Position numbers and translations under genes: made by a program. Shown here piece after piece: positions 1 through 7,307 of a stretch of DNA of 25,335 nt (its first letter is position 1; every line of letters begins with the position of its first letter). This stretch comes from a virus (lineage: Duplodnaviria > Caudoviricetes): IMG/VR virus record IMGVR_UViG_3300032312_000624, positions 1 to 25,335 of that record; one strand, 5' to 3'. The notes beneath the pieces were generated by a model. That model had not been told where the DNA came from, did no database searches, and saw nothing but the letters and a program-made list of their open reading frames with translations.

Positions 1-1999
1 CTGCCTTGATGACCTCTCCTCGAGTTTTGGGGCAATGGAATGAGTCAGACATGAACCTAATAAACGTGCCATTAACGGTTTCTCCTATGGTATCATAAAG
101 TTCAACAACGGTTTCCTTGGACCAAGGAATCGCTCCTTTCTCAATGTCCTTCTTTAGCGTACTATATGCAGAGAAGTAACAAGAGTCTGTGTCACCGTAG
201 ATGATCGACTTTCCAACGTGATCATATTCTCCGGTAATAATTTCATTAACCTTACTAGCCATATGTTTGGCAATCTGACGACCAGTTAATGTAGTACTTT
301 GACCAATACGATTATCAAAGAATCTGCAACCGGGATTAAGAATAGCACCGTACAAGCTGTTCAAGTTAATCTTCTTGACTAGTTGTCGCTTGTCCCAGTA
401 TTCTTCTTCAACTTTATTGCCTGCTTGTATACATTCTTTGAGCTTGGCCTGCATCTCTTTACGTTCTTTATACCAACGTGCTAGCAGACCAGGAATGATA
501 CCTTCTTTCTCATAGGTAAAGATAGTACCGTTAGCTGAAATCATCCAAGGTTGATTGCTGTCGAATATTAAATCATAGATTTGCGCAGCCGAAAGTGTGT
601 CACAGTTACCATCTTCCCAGTCAATGGTAACTTCTCTGCCTACTTCTCTATCCATTACAGAAAGATACTCTACGCTGCCGAACATGCCTTCCCAGGCCGA
701 TGCGAAAGATTTTCCCTTAGCCATTTCAGTTTCGATGTAGGCTTTAGTACCATCTTGACGCAACTGACCAACAATAGTTTCTGGACCCATGTTTAGGGCA
801 CGAATCGCTGAAGGATACAGTGAGTTAATATCTAGTGAACCAATCCACTCGTGGATGCCTTTCTTGGGATAGGCAACATATGCACCTGCTGCAGGTTCCG
901 ACCCCGGTTCTCGTTTGATTCTATTAGGAACGATGAAACCTCTGCGATGTGCTTCGTTGATAATAGCCTGTTCTGTAACAGCTACCGCACCCATAGTGGT
1001 TGCCAAGAGTACAGTATTTTCGTGTGCGATCTTATTAGCAAGATCTAGGAACTTGAGTTTCTTATCAAGTTTGTCTAGTAGCGCACAATCTTGTCTATTG
1101 TATTCAATGAACTTACGGAAGTCGTTGTTGTAGAGTTGATCAAGAGTTCCTTCGTATACAGTTTTACTCTCACCAACTTCCATTTCTCCGATAGCATCCA
1201 ACCGGTATGTATGCCTTTCTTCATAGGTATATTTTCTATACAGTTCAAGGCTGTCCAGGTGTACCCGTCCAATGAGATCATAGGTAACGGCAGTTTTTCC
1301 AAACTTTTCATATTCTCTTTTCTTAGGATAACAATCCCAAAGACAAAATCTGCGTGTATCTTCTTTTGAAAGAACTTTTGTAACACGATTGACAGTATAG
1401 GGAATATCAAAGCCTTCTGAGTTCCAACCACTTAGTACATCAGCATCTTGGATAAGATCCAAAAAAGTATCTAACATATCTGCTTCGTTGTCAAACAGCA
1501 TAGTGTTAGGAAATTCTTCTACAGCTTTTTTTGCCTCAGACATACTCATAGTCTTTGGCGGAATAGCAAGACAGACTAATGTATCCAACCATTGGAGATG
1601 AACAGCAATAGCAGTGATTGGCATGAATGCATCGTCGGGCGAAGCATAACCACGCTCTGGATCAAAGTCTACTTCAATATCAAAGAACGCAACATTTAAC
1701 TTGGGTGAATCTATGTTTAGATAGTTATCTTCCAAGCAACGAAAGATTGGATTGATATCAGACTCATAGAGTTTTTTATTAGAATGGATCGCAAGTTCTT
1801 TGCGAAGTTCTTTGATGTTTTTACAAGAAACTCTTGTCAGCGGATCGCCGTAAATGGAAGTATATTTTCCTTTGGCGTCGGGGTAATAAAAGATATGTCG
1901 TGCAGGATATTCTTTAAAATTTCTATTTCCTTTATCGTCTCTTTCGACGATACGAATAATATCCTGCTCTCTATCATAGAAAGCGTCAACGTAACTCAT
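1..1999 (-). CDS. Family B DNA polymerase (T4 gp43-like), 3' end runs off the window
   Basis: Hand translation from ATG at 1999 (SD AAGGAG at 2005-2010): MSYVDAFYDREQD..., open to the window edge. Exonuclease motifs FFDIEVD, GWNSEGFDIPY, YNRQD; polymerase motifs DINSLYPS, KKINLNSLYG, YGDTDS. Absent from the ORF track because there is no stop in the window. Confidence 0.97.
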   Translation of the reverse strand, partial: MSYVDAFYDREQDIIRIVERDDKGNRNFKEYPARHIFYYPDAKGKYTSIYGDPLTRVSCKNIKELRKELAIHSNKKLYESDINPIFRCLEDNYLNIDSPKLNVAFFDIEVDFDPERGYASPDDAFMPITAIAVHLQWLDTLVCLAIPPKTMSMSEAKKAVEEFPNTMLFDNEADMLDTFLDLIQDADVLSGWNSEGFDIPYTVNRVTKVLSKEDTRRFCLWDCYPKKREYEKFGKTAVTYDLIGRVHLDSLELYRKYTYEERHTYRLDAIGEMEVGESKTVYEGTLDQLYNNDFRKFIEYNRQDCALLDKLDKKLKFLDLANKIAHENTVLLATTMGAVAVTEQAIINEAHRRGFIVPNRIKREPGSEPAAGAYVAYPKKGIHEWIGSLDINSLYPSAIRALNMGPETIVGQLRQDGTKAYIETEMAKGKSFASAWEGMFGSVEYLSVMDREVGREVTIDWEDGNCDTLSAAQIYDLIFDSNQPWMISANGTIFTYEKEGIIPGLLARWYKERKEMQAKLKECIQAGNKVEEEYWDKRQLVKKINLNSLYGAILNPGCRFFDNRIGQSTTLTGRQIAKHMASKVNEIITGEYDHVGKSIIYGDTDSCYFSAYSTLKKDIEKGAIPWSKETVVELYDTIGETVNGTFIRFMSDSFHCPKTRGEVIKA

Positions 2000-2008
2000 T
2001 TTTTCTCC

Positions 2009-2057
2009 TTTGTAGTTTGTGGCCTACAAATACCCATTATGCGGATTATGGCCTCGC
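2009..2057 (-). promoter_or_regulatory. Twin hairpins in the polymerase leader, putative translational operator
   Basis: mRNA: GCGAG-GCCAUAAU-CCGC and UUUGUAG-GCCACAAA-CUACAAA, with similar 8-nt loops; the second stem abuts the SD. Confidence 0.6.
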
Positions 2058-2076
2058 CTACCATCTATTCTATGTT

Positions 2077-2084
2077 TATTTATA
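2077..2084 (-). promoter_or_regulatory. T4-type late promoter TATAAATA
   Basis: Exact T4 late consensus overlapping the TAA stop of the upstream gene, ~78 nt before the polymerase ATG. Confidence 0.5.
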
Positions 2085-2367
2085 GCATGCGGATTAGGCC
2101 GATGGTATCTATGGTTGTCAATAGCAGGTAGTTAGCCAACATGCCAAACGATTTCCTAGTATAAGCAGCCCAAGCATACATGGCACAGCCAGCGATCCAA
2201 ATAGGATAAAGAATGAGCAAAGGTGGAGTTGGGACTGTAAGGGCCATTGTGATCGAACAGCCGATTGATATAGCCCAAGCAACAAGCTCAACAATAAAAC
2301 GGAAAGAATTAGAATTCCAATCATCTTTGATCCATTCTAGAGTAGGTCGAAAAATTTCACTTAACAT
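2080..2367 (-). CDS. Small membrane protein, about 3 TM helices
   Basis: 95 aa with three hydrophobic stretches (FIVELVAWAISIGCSITMAL; LLILYPIWIAGCAMYAWAAY; GMLANYLLLTTIDTIGLI); TGATG coupling to the upstream gene. Confidence 0.75.
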   Translation of the reverse strand: MLSEIFRPTLEWIKDDWNSNSFRFIVELVAWAISIGCSITMALTVPTPPLLILYPIWIAGCAMYAWAAYTRKSFGMLANYLLLTTIDTIGLIRML

Positions 2368-2633
2368 CAGTCTTTCTCTGGTAAGCGTTTAGTGACACCG
2401 AGAATCATTTCGATCTCGTCCCATTCTTCTTCGTGGCTCTTCCAGTTATCTTTGTGTGCAATCTTAATCGCTTTGTTGATAATACTAGGCTTAACTTGGA
2501 GTTCTTCGGCAACTGCTTTTACTGTTTCTTTAAGACCTTCTTGAAGATCTTCAATTTCACGAAGTACATTACCACCTTCGTTGATTAATCGTTCTAGTTT
2601 TGCTTTTTCTTCTGGACCGTACATTTTAGCCAT
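2367..2633 (-). CDS. dsDNA-binding protein, T4 DsbA/GapR-like
   Basis: 88 aa helical protein with the pattern LREIEDLQEGLKETVKAVAEELQVKPSIINKAIKIAHK; SD AAGGAG; first gene after a sigma70 promoter. Confidence 0.7.
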   Translation of the reverse strand: MAKMYGPEEKAKLERLINEGGNVLREIEDLQEGLKETVKAVAEELQVKPSIINKAIKIAHKDNWKSHEEEWDEIEMILGVTKRLPEKD

Positions 2634-2653
2634 ATAAATCTCCTTATAGGACT

Positions 2654-2682
2654 ATTATATAGTCATAAAAAAAGCCGGTCAA
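2654..2682 (-). promoter_or_regulatory. Sigma70-type (early) promoter
   Basis: TTGACC (2682-2677), 17 nt spacer, TATAAT (2659-2654). Confidence 0.8.
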
Positions 2683-2697
2683 TCAAAGACCGGCTTT
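2667..2697 (-). terminator. Rho-independent terminator ending the late 2716-8382 operon
   Basis: AAAGCCGGTC-N7-GACCGGCTTT inverted repeat with a T7 tract on the minus strand. Confidence 0.85.
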
Positions 2698-2715
2698 ATA
2701 TTACCAAAAACGTTT

Positions 2716-3741
2716 TTATTTTTTCTGTTCAGCTAGAACATCATACATTTCAAAACGTCCGCCATTTCTCTCATAGATCATAGCAGCGAAAATTTCTGAC
2801 TTTTGGCTTTCTTGAACTTTAACGCTGGCAACACGAGTAGCCCAGTTCCACAATGCCTGATCAACTGGATCAATCTGTTGTTGGCCACCGCTTTCTTTAA
2901 CAATACGCAACATATCTTTCAGTGTCAATGTTTGTTCAACTGATTCTTTAACTGGACGCTTCTTGCCTTTTGGCATCATTGCGCTTTCGTTTTTCTTGCC
3001 AAAGTATTTTTCTTGCTTGGCTGACATACCCTTCTTGCCATCTTTCTTGTCACCGCCTTTTTCGCCGGCAGCTTTTTTCATTGGCTCTTTCTTGTCACCG
3101 TCTTTGTCAAGATCTAAGAAATCTGGTTTACCACCTTCTTCTACTTTTTCTTTCTTAGACTTCTTGTCGTCTTTTTCAGCTTTTTTAGCTTCTACCATCT
3201 TAGTAAACTTTTCTTTGAACTGTTCTGGATCGATAGATTCTTTCTTAGCCTTGCGAGCAGTTTCTTTACGCTTCTTATCATCCTTGTCATCGCTGCCAGG
3301 ATCATAATCATACTTGTCTTTAGTATGTTTGACGCCAGTTGCTGTCTTTGTAGCTGTACCTTTTGCTGTTTTAAAAGTGTCGCCTACTTTAGCATCTGCA
3401 TCAAAGCCTTCATCGGTTTTCTTTTCTGGAAGTCCCTTGTGCTTGGTAGCAGCAAAGTCTTTGGCATCTTTCTTTCCCATTTCTTTAGCTACTTTAGCAA
3501 CGTCTTTTGACGGAGCCTTTTCACCTTTCTGGGTAGCATGTACCATGCCCATAAACTTTTGTTGAGCCTTGCTTACTGCTTTTTCAGCAATGACGCTTTC
3601 TGTTAACTGAGTAACACCAGCTAGAACACGTAGTTCTGTACCTTCGTCTAAACGAATAGGGGCTTCTAGAGTCGGCGCTTTAGGAAGATCGATAGGATCA
3701 TCCATTGAGCTAATTTTAGAAATAAGTGATTTGAAATCCAT
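2716..3741 (-). CDS. Lys-rich modular protein, putative internal head polyprotein
   Basis: 341 aa; repeated LDE|G, LTE|S, IAE|K, TDE|G, MVE|A, VEE|G, VKE|S sites; ELRVLAGV motif; DxDxDG loop (DLDKDGD). Confidence 0.7.
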   Translation of the reverse strand: MDFKSLISKISSMDDPIDLPKAPTLEAPIRLDEGTELRVLAGVTQLTESVIAEKAVSKAQQKFMGMVHATQKGEKAPSKDVAKVAKEMGKKDAKDFAATKHKGLPEKKTDEGFDADAKVGDTFKTAKGTATKTATGVKHTKDKYDYDPGSDDKDDKKRKETARKAKKESIDPEQFKEKFTKMVEAKKAEKDDKKSKKEKVEEGGKPDFLDLDKDGDKKEPMKKAAGEKGGDKKDGKKGMSAKQEKYFGKKNESAMMPKGKKRPVKESVEQTLTLKDMLRIVKESGGQQQIDPVDQALWNWATRVASVKVQESQKSEIFAAMIYERNGGRFEMYDVLAEQKK

Positions 3742-3742
3742 T

Positions 3743-4051
3743 TTATCTTCCTTGTTTTTTGTTCAACCATTGTTCTTGGAGAGTATTTTTAACTTGTTGT
3801 TGAACACTTTCCTCAAAATCTCTCGGACCATCATTTACAGATTCTCTAGCCATTTTTTCATATTCTAAATAATGATATACGCTAGAAATGTAATCTGATG
3901 CTTTGGTAATCTTAGCAGCTACCCATCCATCAAGTTCTTCACCTTCTTCAATCATATGAAAAAGTTTAGCAGAATATTTGGCCAACTTATAACAGTCGGC
4001 TTTTGCCATTTTTGCTTCGTGATCGTCAGGGCTTGGTTTTTCGAGGTCCAT
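3743..4051 (-). CDS. Hypothetical phage protein (helical, LDGWVAAKITKASDYI motif)
   Basis: 102 aa ORF tightly packed in the operon; TAAATA 4 nt upstream of the ATG. Confidence 0.75.
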   Translation of the reverse strand: MDLEKPSPDDHEAKMAKADCYKLAKYSAKLFHMIEEGEELDGWVAAKITKASDYISSVYHYLEYEKMARESVNDGPRDFEESVQQQVKNTLQEQWLNKKQGR

Positions 4052-4055
4052 ATCG

Positions 4056-4061
4056 TATTTA
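4056..4061 (-). promoter_or_regulatory. Putative late promoter core (A)TAAATA
   Basis: GATAAATA-CGAT-ATG; the first three bases of TAAATA are the stop codon of the upstream gene. Confidence 0.5.
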
Positions 4062-4304
4062 TCTTTTAACTACATTGCCTTCACCAAATAAACTGACCTT
4101 CATATCTAGTGCATTTTTACCGGTCATGTTTGCTGGTTTAGGTTGGGGTGGCGATTTTGTACCGGATTTTCCGGGACTTCCGATATAGCTCTTTTTTCCG
4201 CGAGCTTTACCTGGGCTAATATGTGGATTCGCTACAGTAGCGATATTTCCAGAGCTAGTAGCACCGGCAGTAGCAGTTTCAGCTAAAATATCTTTAATTT
4301 TCAT
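4059..4304 (-). CDS. Small basic protein with capsid-targeting-like leader
   Basis: MKIKDILAE|TATAGATSSG..., Gly/Pro/Lys-rich, 81 aa. Confidence 0.75.
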   Translation of the reverse strand: MKIKDILAETATAGATSSGNIATVANPHISPGKARGKKSYIGSPGKSGTKSPPQPKPANMTGKNALDMKVSLFGEGNVVKR

Positions 4305-4310
4305 AATATA

Positions 4311-4511
4311 TTATTTATTCCTACCGCTTTTCATGTTGGCACACCAATGATACATCTTAGCCTTTTCGCCCGATGCATTTTTGGCTCTTTTGCGTAGGTC
4401 CGTAACAGATCCCGAACAGCTAGCACCACTACGTTTTACACGGCCCGGTCTGCTTTTTCCTTTTACTTTACCATCGGCAAAGTTTTCTACAATAAATTCG
4501 CTAGCCCTCAT
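4311..4511 (-). CDS. Small basic protein with capsid-targeting-like leader
   Basis: MRASEFIVE|NFADGK...HWCANMKSG, 66 aa; ATGA overlap with the upstream gene. Confidence 0.8.
   Translation of the reverse strand: MRASEFIVENFADGKVKGKSRPGRVKRSGASCSGSVTDLRKRAKNASGEKAKMYHWCANMKSGRNK
4312..4317 (-). promoter_or_regulatory. Putative late promoter core (A)TAAATA
   Basis: AATAAATA 7 nt upstream of the ATG at 4304; no SD. Confidence 0.4.
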
Positions 4512-5302
4512 TTCATAGCCACCATAAACTTGTCGTGTTTTTCTTTGCGTTGATCCAGATGCTTCATGCCTGGATTAATAGGTTTAGTCACTGATTTAGT
4601 ATCTTTAAAACTATCAACTTTGTCACGAACACGTTCTTTCCAATACCAGACTGCTGCCTTGGCTGCTATCTCTGGTTTTTCTAAAAGCTCCGGCTTATTA
4701 ACAAGATCAACACCTAATGCTTCGCCTGCTTTCTTGTAGTTATATTTTCCGGTAAGTTGGATATAACCTCGACCTTTATATTTTGCACCATCGCCAGGTT
4801 TTGTATTTCCTAACACTTTAGCTTTCTTTGGAGCAAACTTAATATCATATTTTTTAAAATCTAAAGATCCGCCTATCTCTTTCATGTGCTTAAAATCTAA
4901 AGTTTCGTGTGCGCACTGTGCTAGAAAGGCAGCAAGTTCATTGCCTTTGATGCCTGCCTTCTCTGCTTCTTTCTTTAGATAAACTTCGTGCGGGTTGCCA
5001 GTCACAGATTTTGCTATATCTTTTTTACTGATTTGTGACACAGGATCTTTGGCCTTTGTTTTAGCTGCTTCGGCATCTCCAGGTGCTCCAAATGCTAGAG
5101 CTGTTCCTAATGCTCCAGCCGCAGCCCAATCTTTCCAGCCTTCGTCAACACTTTCTCCAACGGCACCACTGTCGCCACCAACTGCTCCGCTGTATCCTGA
5201 AGCATACCCGTATCCGCCATAAGGACCTGGACCGTAGGCCGCCCAATGTGGTTTACGTTTGCGTTTCTTTCTTTCGACAATAACGATTTCATTCGCTCTC
5301 AT
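4508..5302 (-). CDS. GH19 chitinase/lysozyme-like protein with modular N-terminal extension
   Basis: GH19 motifs AFLAQCAHET, YKGRGYIQLTGKYNY, AAVWYW, INPG; N-terminus MRANEIVIVE| plus a basic Gly/Tyr module plus VDE|GWKDWAAAGALGTALAFG...AEA. Confidence 0.9.
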   Translation of the reverse strand: MRANEIVIVERKKRKRKPHWAAYGPGPYGGYGYASGYSGAVGGDSGAVGESVDEGWKDWAAAGALGTALAFGAPGDAEAAKTKAKDPVSQISKKDIAKSVTGNPHEVYLKKEAEKAGIKGNELAAFLAQCAHETLDFKHMKEIGGSLDFKKYDIKFAPKKAKVLGNTKPGDGAKYKGRGYIQLTGKYNYKKAGEALGVDLVNKPELLEKPEIAAKAAVWYWKERVRDKVDSFKDTKSVTKPINPGMKHLDQRKEKHDKFMVAMK

Positions 5303-5378
5303 AAGGGATTCCAGCTAGGCCGCAGCCAAATCGAGCCAATGCTTCATACAGGGCTGTAAGGGTTTCTCGGACGGTCAT
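5289..5378 (-). CDS. Micro-ORF, 29 aa ([29 protein letters not shown])
   Basis: SD GGAGG (5392-5388) 9 nt before the ATG; fills the gap and overlaps the start of the GH19 gene by 14 nt. Below the ORF-track cutoff. Confidence 0.5.
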   Translation of the reverse strand: MTVRETLTALYEALARFGCGLAGIPYESE

Positions 5379-5421
5379 AGCCATCATCCTCCGGATAAAC
5401 TGGATAGTCGTTCGGGTTCAT
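5344..5421 (-). CDS. Micro-ORF, 25 aa ([25 protein letters not shown])
   Basis: ATG overlaps the erpA stop as ATGA (5421-5418), i.e. translational coupling. Below the ORF-track cutoff. Confidence 0.5.
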   Translation of the reverse strand: MNPNDYPVYPEDDGYDRPRNPYSPV

Positions 5422-5744
5422 ATTGAAAAACTACTTCCGCACCCGCAGGTAGTTTGTGCATTAGGATTCTTGATACTGAAATTTGAACCATGTAAATCTT
5501 CTTTATAGTCAATGACAGCACCAGTCATGTAAGTCATGCTCATAGCATCTACTACTACTTTCCATTTGTCGTCGAGGGCAAATTCAAAATCGTCCTCATT
5601 TTTTTCTTCATCAAAAGTAAAACCATATTGAAAACCAGAACACCCTCCGCCTTGAACAAAAGTACGAAGCATAAGGTTTGGATTGTTTTCATCAATCAAT
5701 AAGTCTATGACTTTCTGTTTTGCAGCTTCTGTTATCTCAACCAT
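5418..5744 (-). CDS. erpA: A-type Fe-S cluster carrier (ErpA/IscA/HesB family)
   Basis: [21 protein letters not shown] and [14 protein letters not shown] with the three conserved Cys; SD GGAG. Confidence 0.93.
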   Translation of the reverse strand: MVEITEAAKQKVIDLLIDENNPNLMLRTFVQGGGCSGFQYGFTFDEEKNEDDFEFALDDKWKVVVDAMSMTYMTGAVIDYKEDLHGSNFSIKNPNAQTTCGCGSSFSI

Positions 5745-5950
5745 TTTTTATCTCCTACTGGATTTTCGCCTGTTAGATAAGGCAAGCTGAACCATAACTG
5801 AAACCACTCAGGTGTTCCTGGTTTAATATCGTGTTTTTTCATAAGCTCACCTTTCTCATTGCCAGTGATACTTATGTTGCTACCTTCATAGGGTTGGTAG
5901 CCTTTGAACTCTGTAATGCCTGCGAGACGTTTTAATTCAGACAGTTCCAT
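5732..5950 (-). CDS. Small protein with ELKRLAGI leader
   Basis: [14 protein letters not shown]|F...[14 protein letters not shown], 72 aa; TAATG coupling. Confidence 0.8.
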   Translation of the reverse strand: MELSELKRLAGITEFKGYQPYEGSNISITGNEKGELMKKHDIKPGTPEWFQLWFSLPYLTGENPVGDKKWLR

Positions 5951-6633
5951 TATTTTGTTGCCGGCTCACCAGTTTTATAAACTTCCCACTTCTTACCAGT
6001 TTGGTCTGATTTTCTGCGGGCCATGTCTTTTAATCTGTAGAACTCTCTTTCTTCTTCTGGACTATCAGCGTAAGCACCATAAGGTCCTGGAAATACTTTC
6101 CACTTCTTACCGTTAATGTAGACAGCAAAGTTATTGCCTGGTTCAGTGTTACCTTCATCCCAGTCTTCGGGATCTCTAACTCTTTCTACCACTCCTTCGG
6201 ACATATTCTTTAATAGCTCTTTTGCTTTTTCAACACTGACCATTGGTCTTGGATGCTTACCGTCCACTACAGACTGTAGATACTCTTTACTGAATCCTTT
6301 CGGTGCTTCTGCTTTTGCAGGAGCATTATCTGTTGCTTGTTGTGTAGAAATAGGTTTACCAGTTAACCGATTGATGTTAGGATCATCGCCGGGCATGACT
6401 CGAGCATTAGCCCCAGCAGCACCGAACGCCATTGCCCCAGCAAGTCCCGCCGCTGCAACTTTATCCTTCCAGCCTTCCTCTACACTTTCTGAATACTCTT
6501 TTTTCTTGTGCTTGAAGTCGCCTTGTTTTTCGGCTCTCTTTTTATCTTTGTGTGCGCCAGCACCTGCAGTCTTTTGATTCTTAGCTACGAAGTTACGAGG
6601 TTTACTCTGTGGTATAAATTCTTTTGCTTTCAT
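5950..6633 (-). CDS. Three-module putative internal head polyprotein
   Basis: MKAKEFI leader; basic module; VEE|GWKDKVAAAGLAGAMAFGAAGANA signal-like segment; VVE|R final module. Confidence 0.8.
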   Translation of the reverse strand: MKAKEFIPQSKPRNFVAKNQKTAGAGAHKDKKRAEKQGDFKHKKKEYSESVEEGWKDKVAAAGLAGAMAFGAAGANARVMPGDDPNINRLTGKPISTQQATDNAPAKAEAPKGFSKEYLQSVVDGKHPRPMVSVEKAKELLKNMSEGVVERVRDPEDWDEGNTEPGNNFAVYINGKKWKVFPGPYGAYADSPEEEREFYRLKDMARRKSDQTGKKWEVYKTGEPATK

Positions 6634-7307
6634 GACGATCTCTTTTGCTTAGGGCCTTTACGAGTCTTCCACTTCTTATCTGTGGAACACCAATAGCGTC
6701 CATATCCTTCTTCAACATTTTCTTTAATGCCCATACCTTTTCTTACAGCATCGTACAACGCCTTAGCATGTTTGCCAGCACCAGTGGCTTCTTGAAAAGC
6801 TGCAAAATCATTGTTGGCAGCAGCAGCACGAGCACCGCTTGCTGAAACTCCGGCGACACCTTCAGCACCGTCCTCTCTGTCACCGCTAGATTTAAAGTCT
6901 AAGATATCAAACTTGTAGTAACCATGAGCCTTACCTTCGATGCCATTATAAGTATCTAAAAGTTTTTTCATATCTTCTAGTCGATCCGAACCCGCTACAA
7001 AAGTAGCTGATCTATATCCTTGATCGTATAGATAGGAAGCAACCTTAACCACAGTGTTGAGACCCGGATCTTCTATAACATGTTTAGCATGTTCTGGAAA
7101 CATCGTTCTGATAAAATTTATTTTAGTTGAATAATCTAAAGGATTTTTTTTAGGATCTTGACTCTGGCTTACAAATATGTTGTATTCTCCTCCGACACCG
7201 GCCACAGTGTCTAACAACTTTTTATGTCCAATGGTAGGAGGGTTCAATCTGCCAAAACAGAAAGAAACATGTTTAGAGTCTGCTTCAAATAATTCAAATA
7301 ATCTCAT
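6630..7307 (-). CDS. HIGH-superfamily nucleotidyltransferase (cytidylyltransferase/NMNAT-like)
   Basis: FGRLNPPTIGH, FVAGSDR, VSASGAR motifs; leader MRLFELFE|A; tail VEE|GYGRYWCSTDKKWKTRK. Confidence 0.85.
   Translation of the reverse strand: MRLFELFEADSKHVSFCFGRLNPPTIGHKKLLDTVAGVGGEYNIFVSQSQDPKKNPLDYSTKINFIRTMFPEHAKHVIEDPGLNTVVKVASYLYDQGYRSATFVAGSDRLEDMKKLLDTYNGIEGKAHGYYKFDILDFKSSGDREDGAEGVAGVSASGARAAAANNDFAAFQEATGAGKHAKALYDAVRKGMGIKENVEEGYGRYWCSTDKKWKTRKGPKQKRSS

Noticed and set aside
581-2131. Short ORFs in the track (581-796, 851-1048, 915-1133, 1075-1431, 1091-1369, 1784-2131) suggesting a fragmented region
   Set aside because: All are shadow frames of one uninterrupted family B polymerase ORF (1999 to the edge); no frameshift, intron or intein seen in hand translation.
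5303-5347. ATG-AAG-CAT...TAG-CTG frame ([14 protein letters not shown]) in frame with the GH19 start, suggesting amber read-through or recoding
   Set aside because: The same bases are better explained by the 29-aa ORF with a GGAGG SD; long genes here have no in-frame TAG, so there is no evidence of recoding.
5724-5744. ITE|A at the ErpA N-terminus as a protease site
   Set aside because: A T-E-x-A start is normal for IscA/ErpA proteins, so it is not evidence of capsid targeting.
5217-6090. Shared PGPYG pentapeptide in the GH19 N-module and the 227-aa protein
   Set aside because: Only five residues in different contexts, one of low complexity; likely chance.
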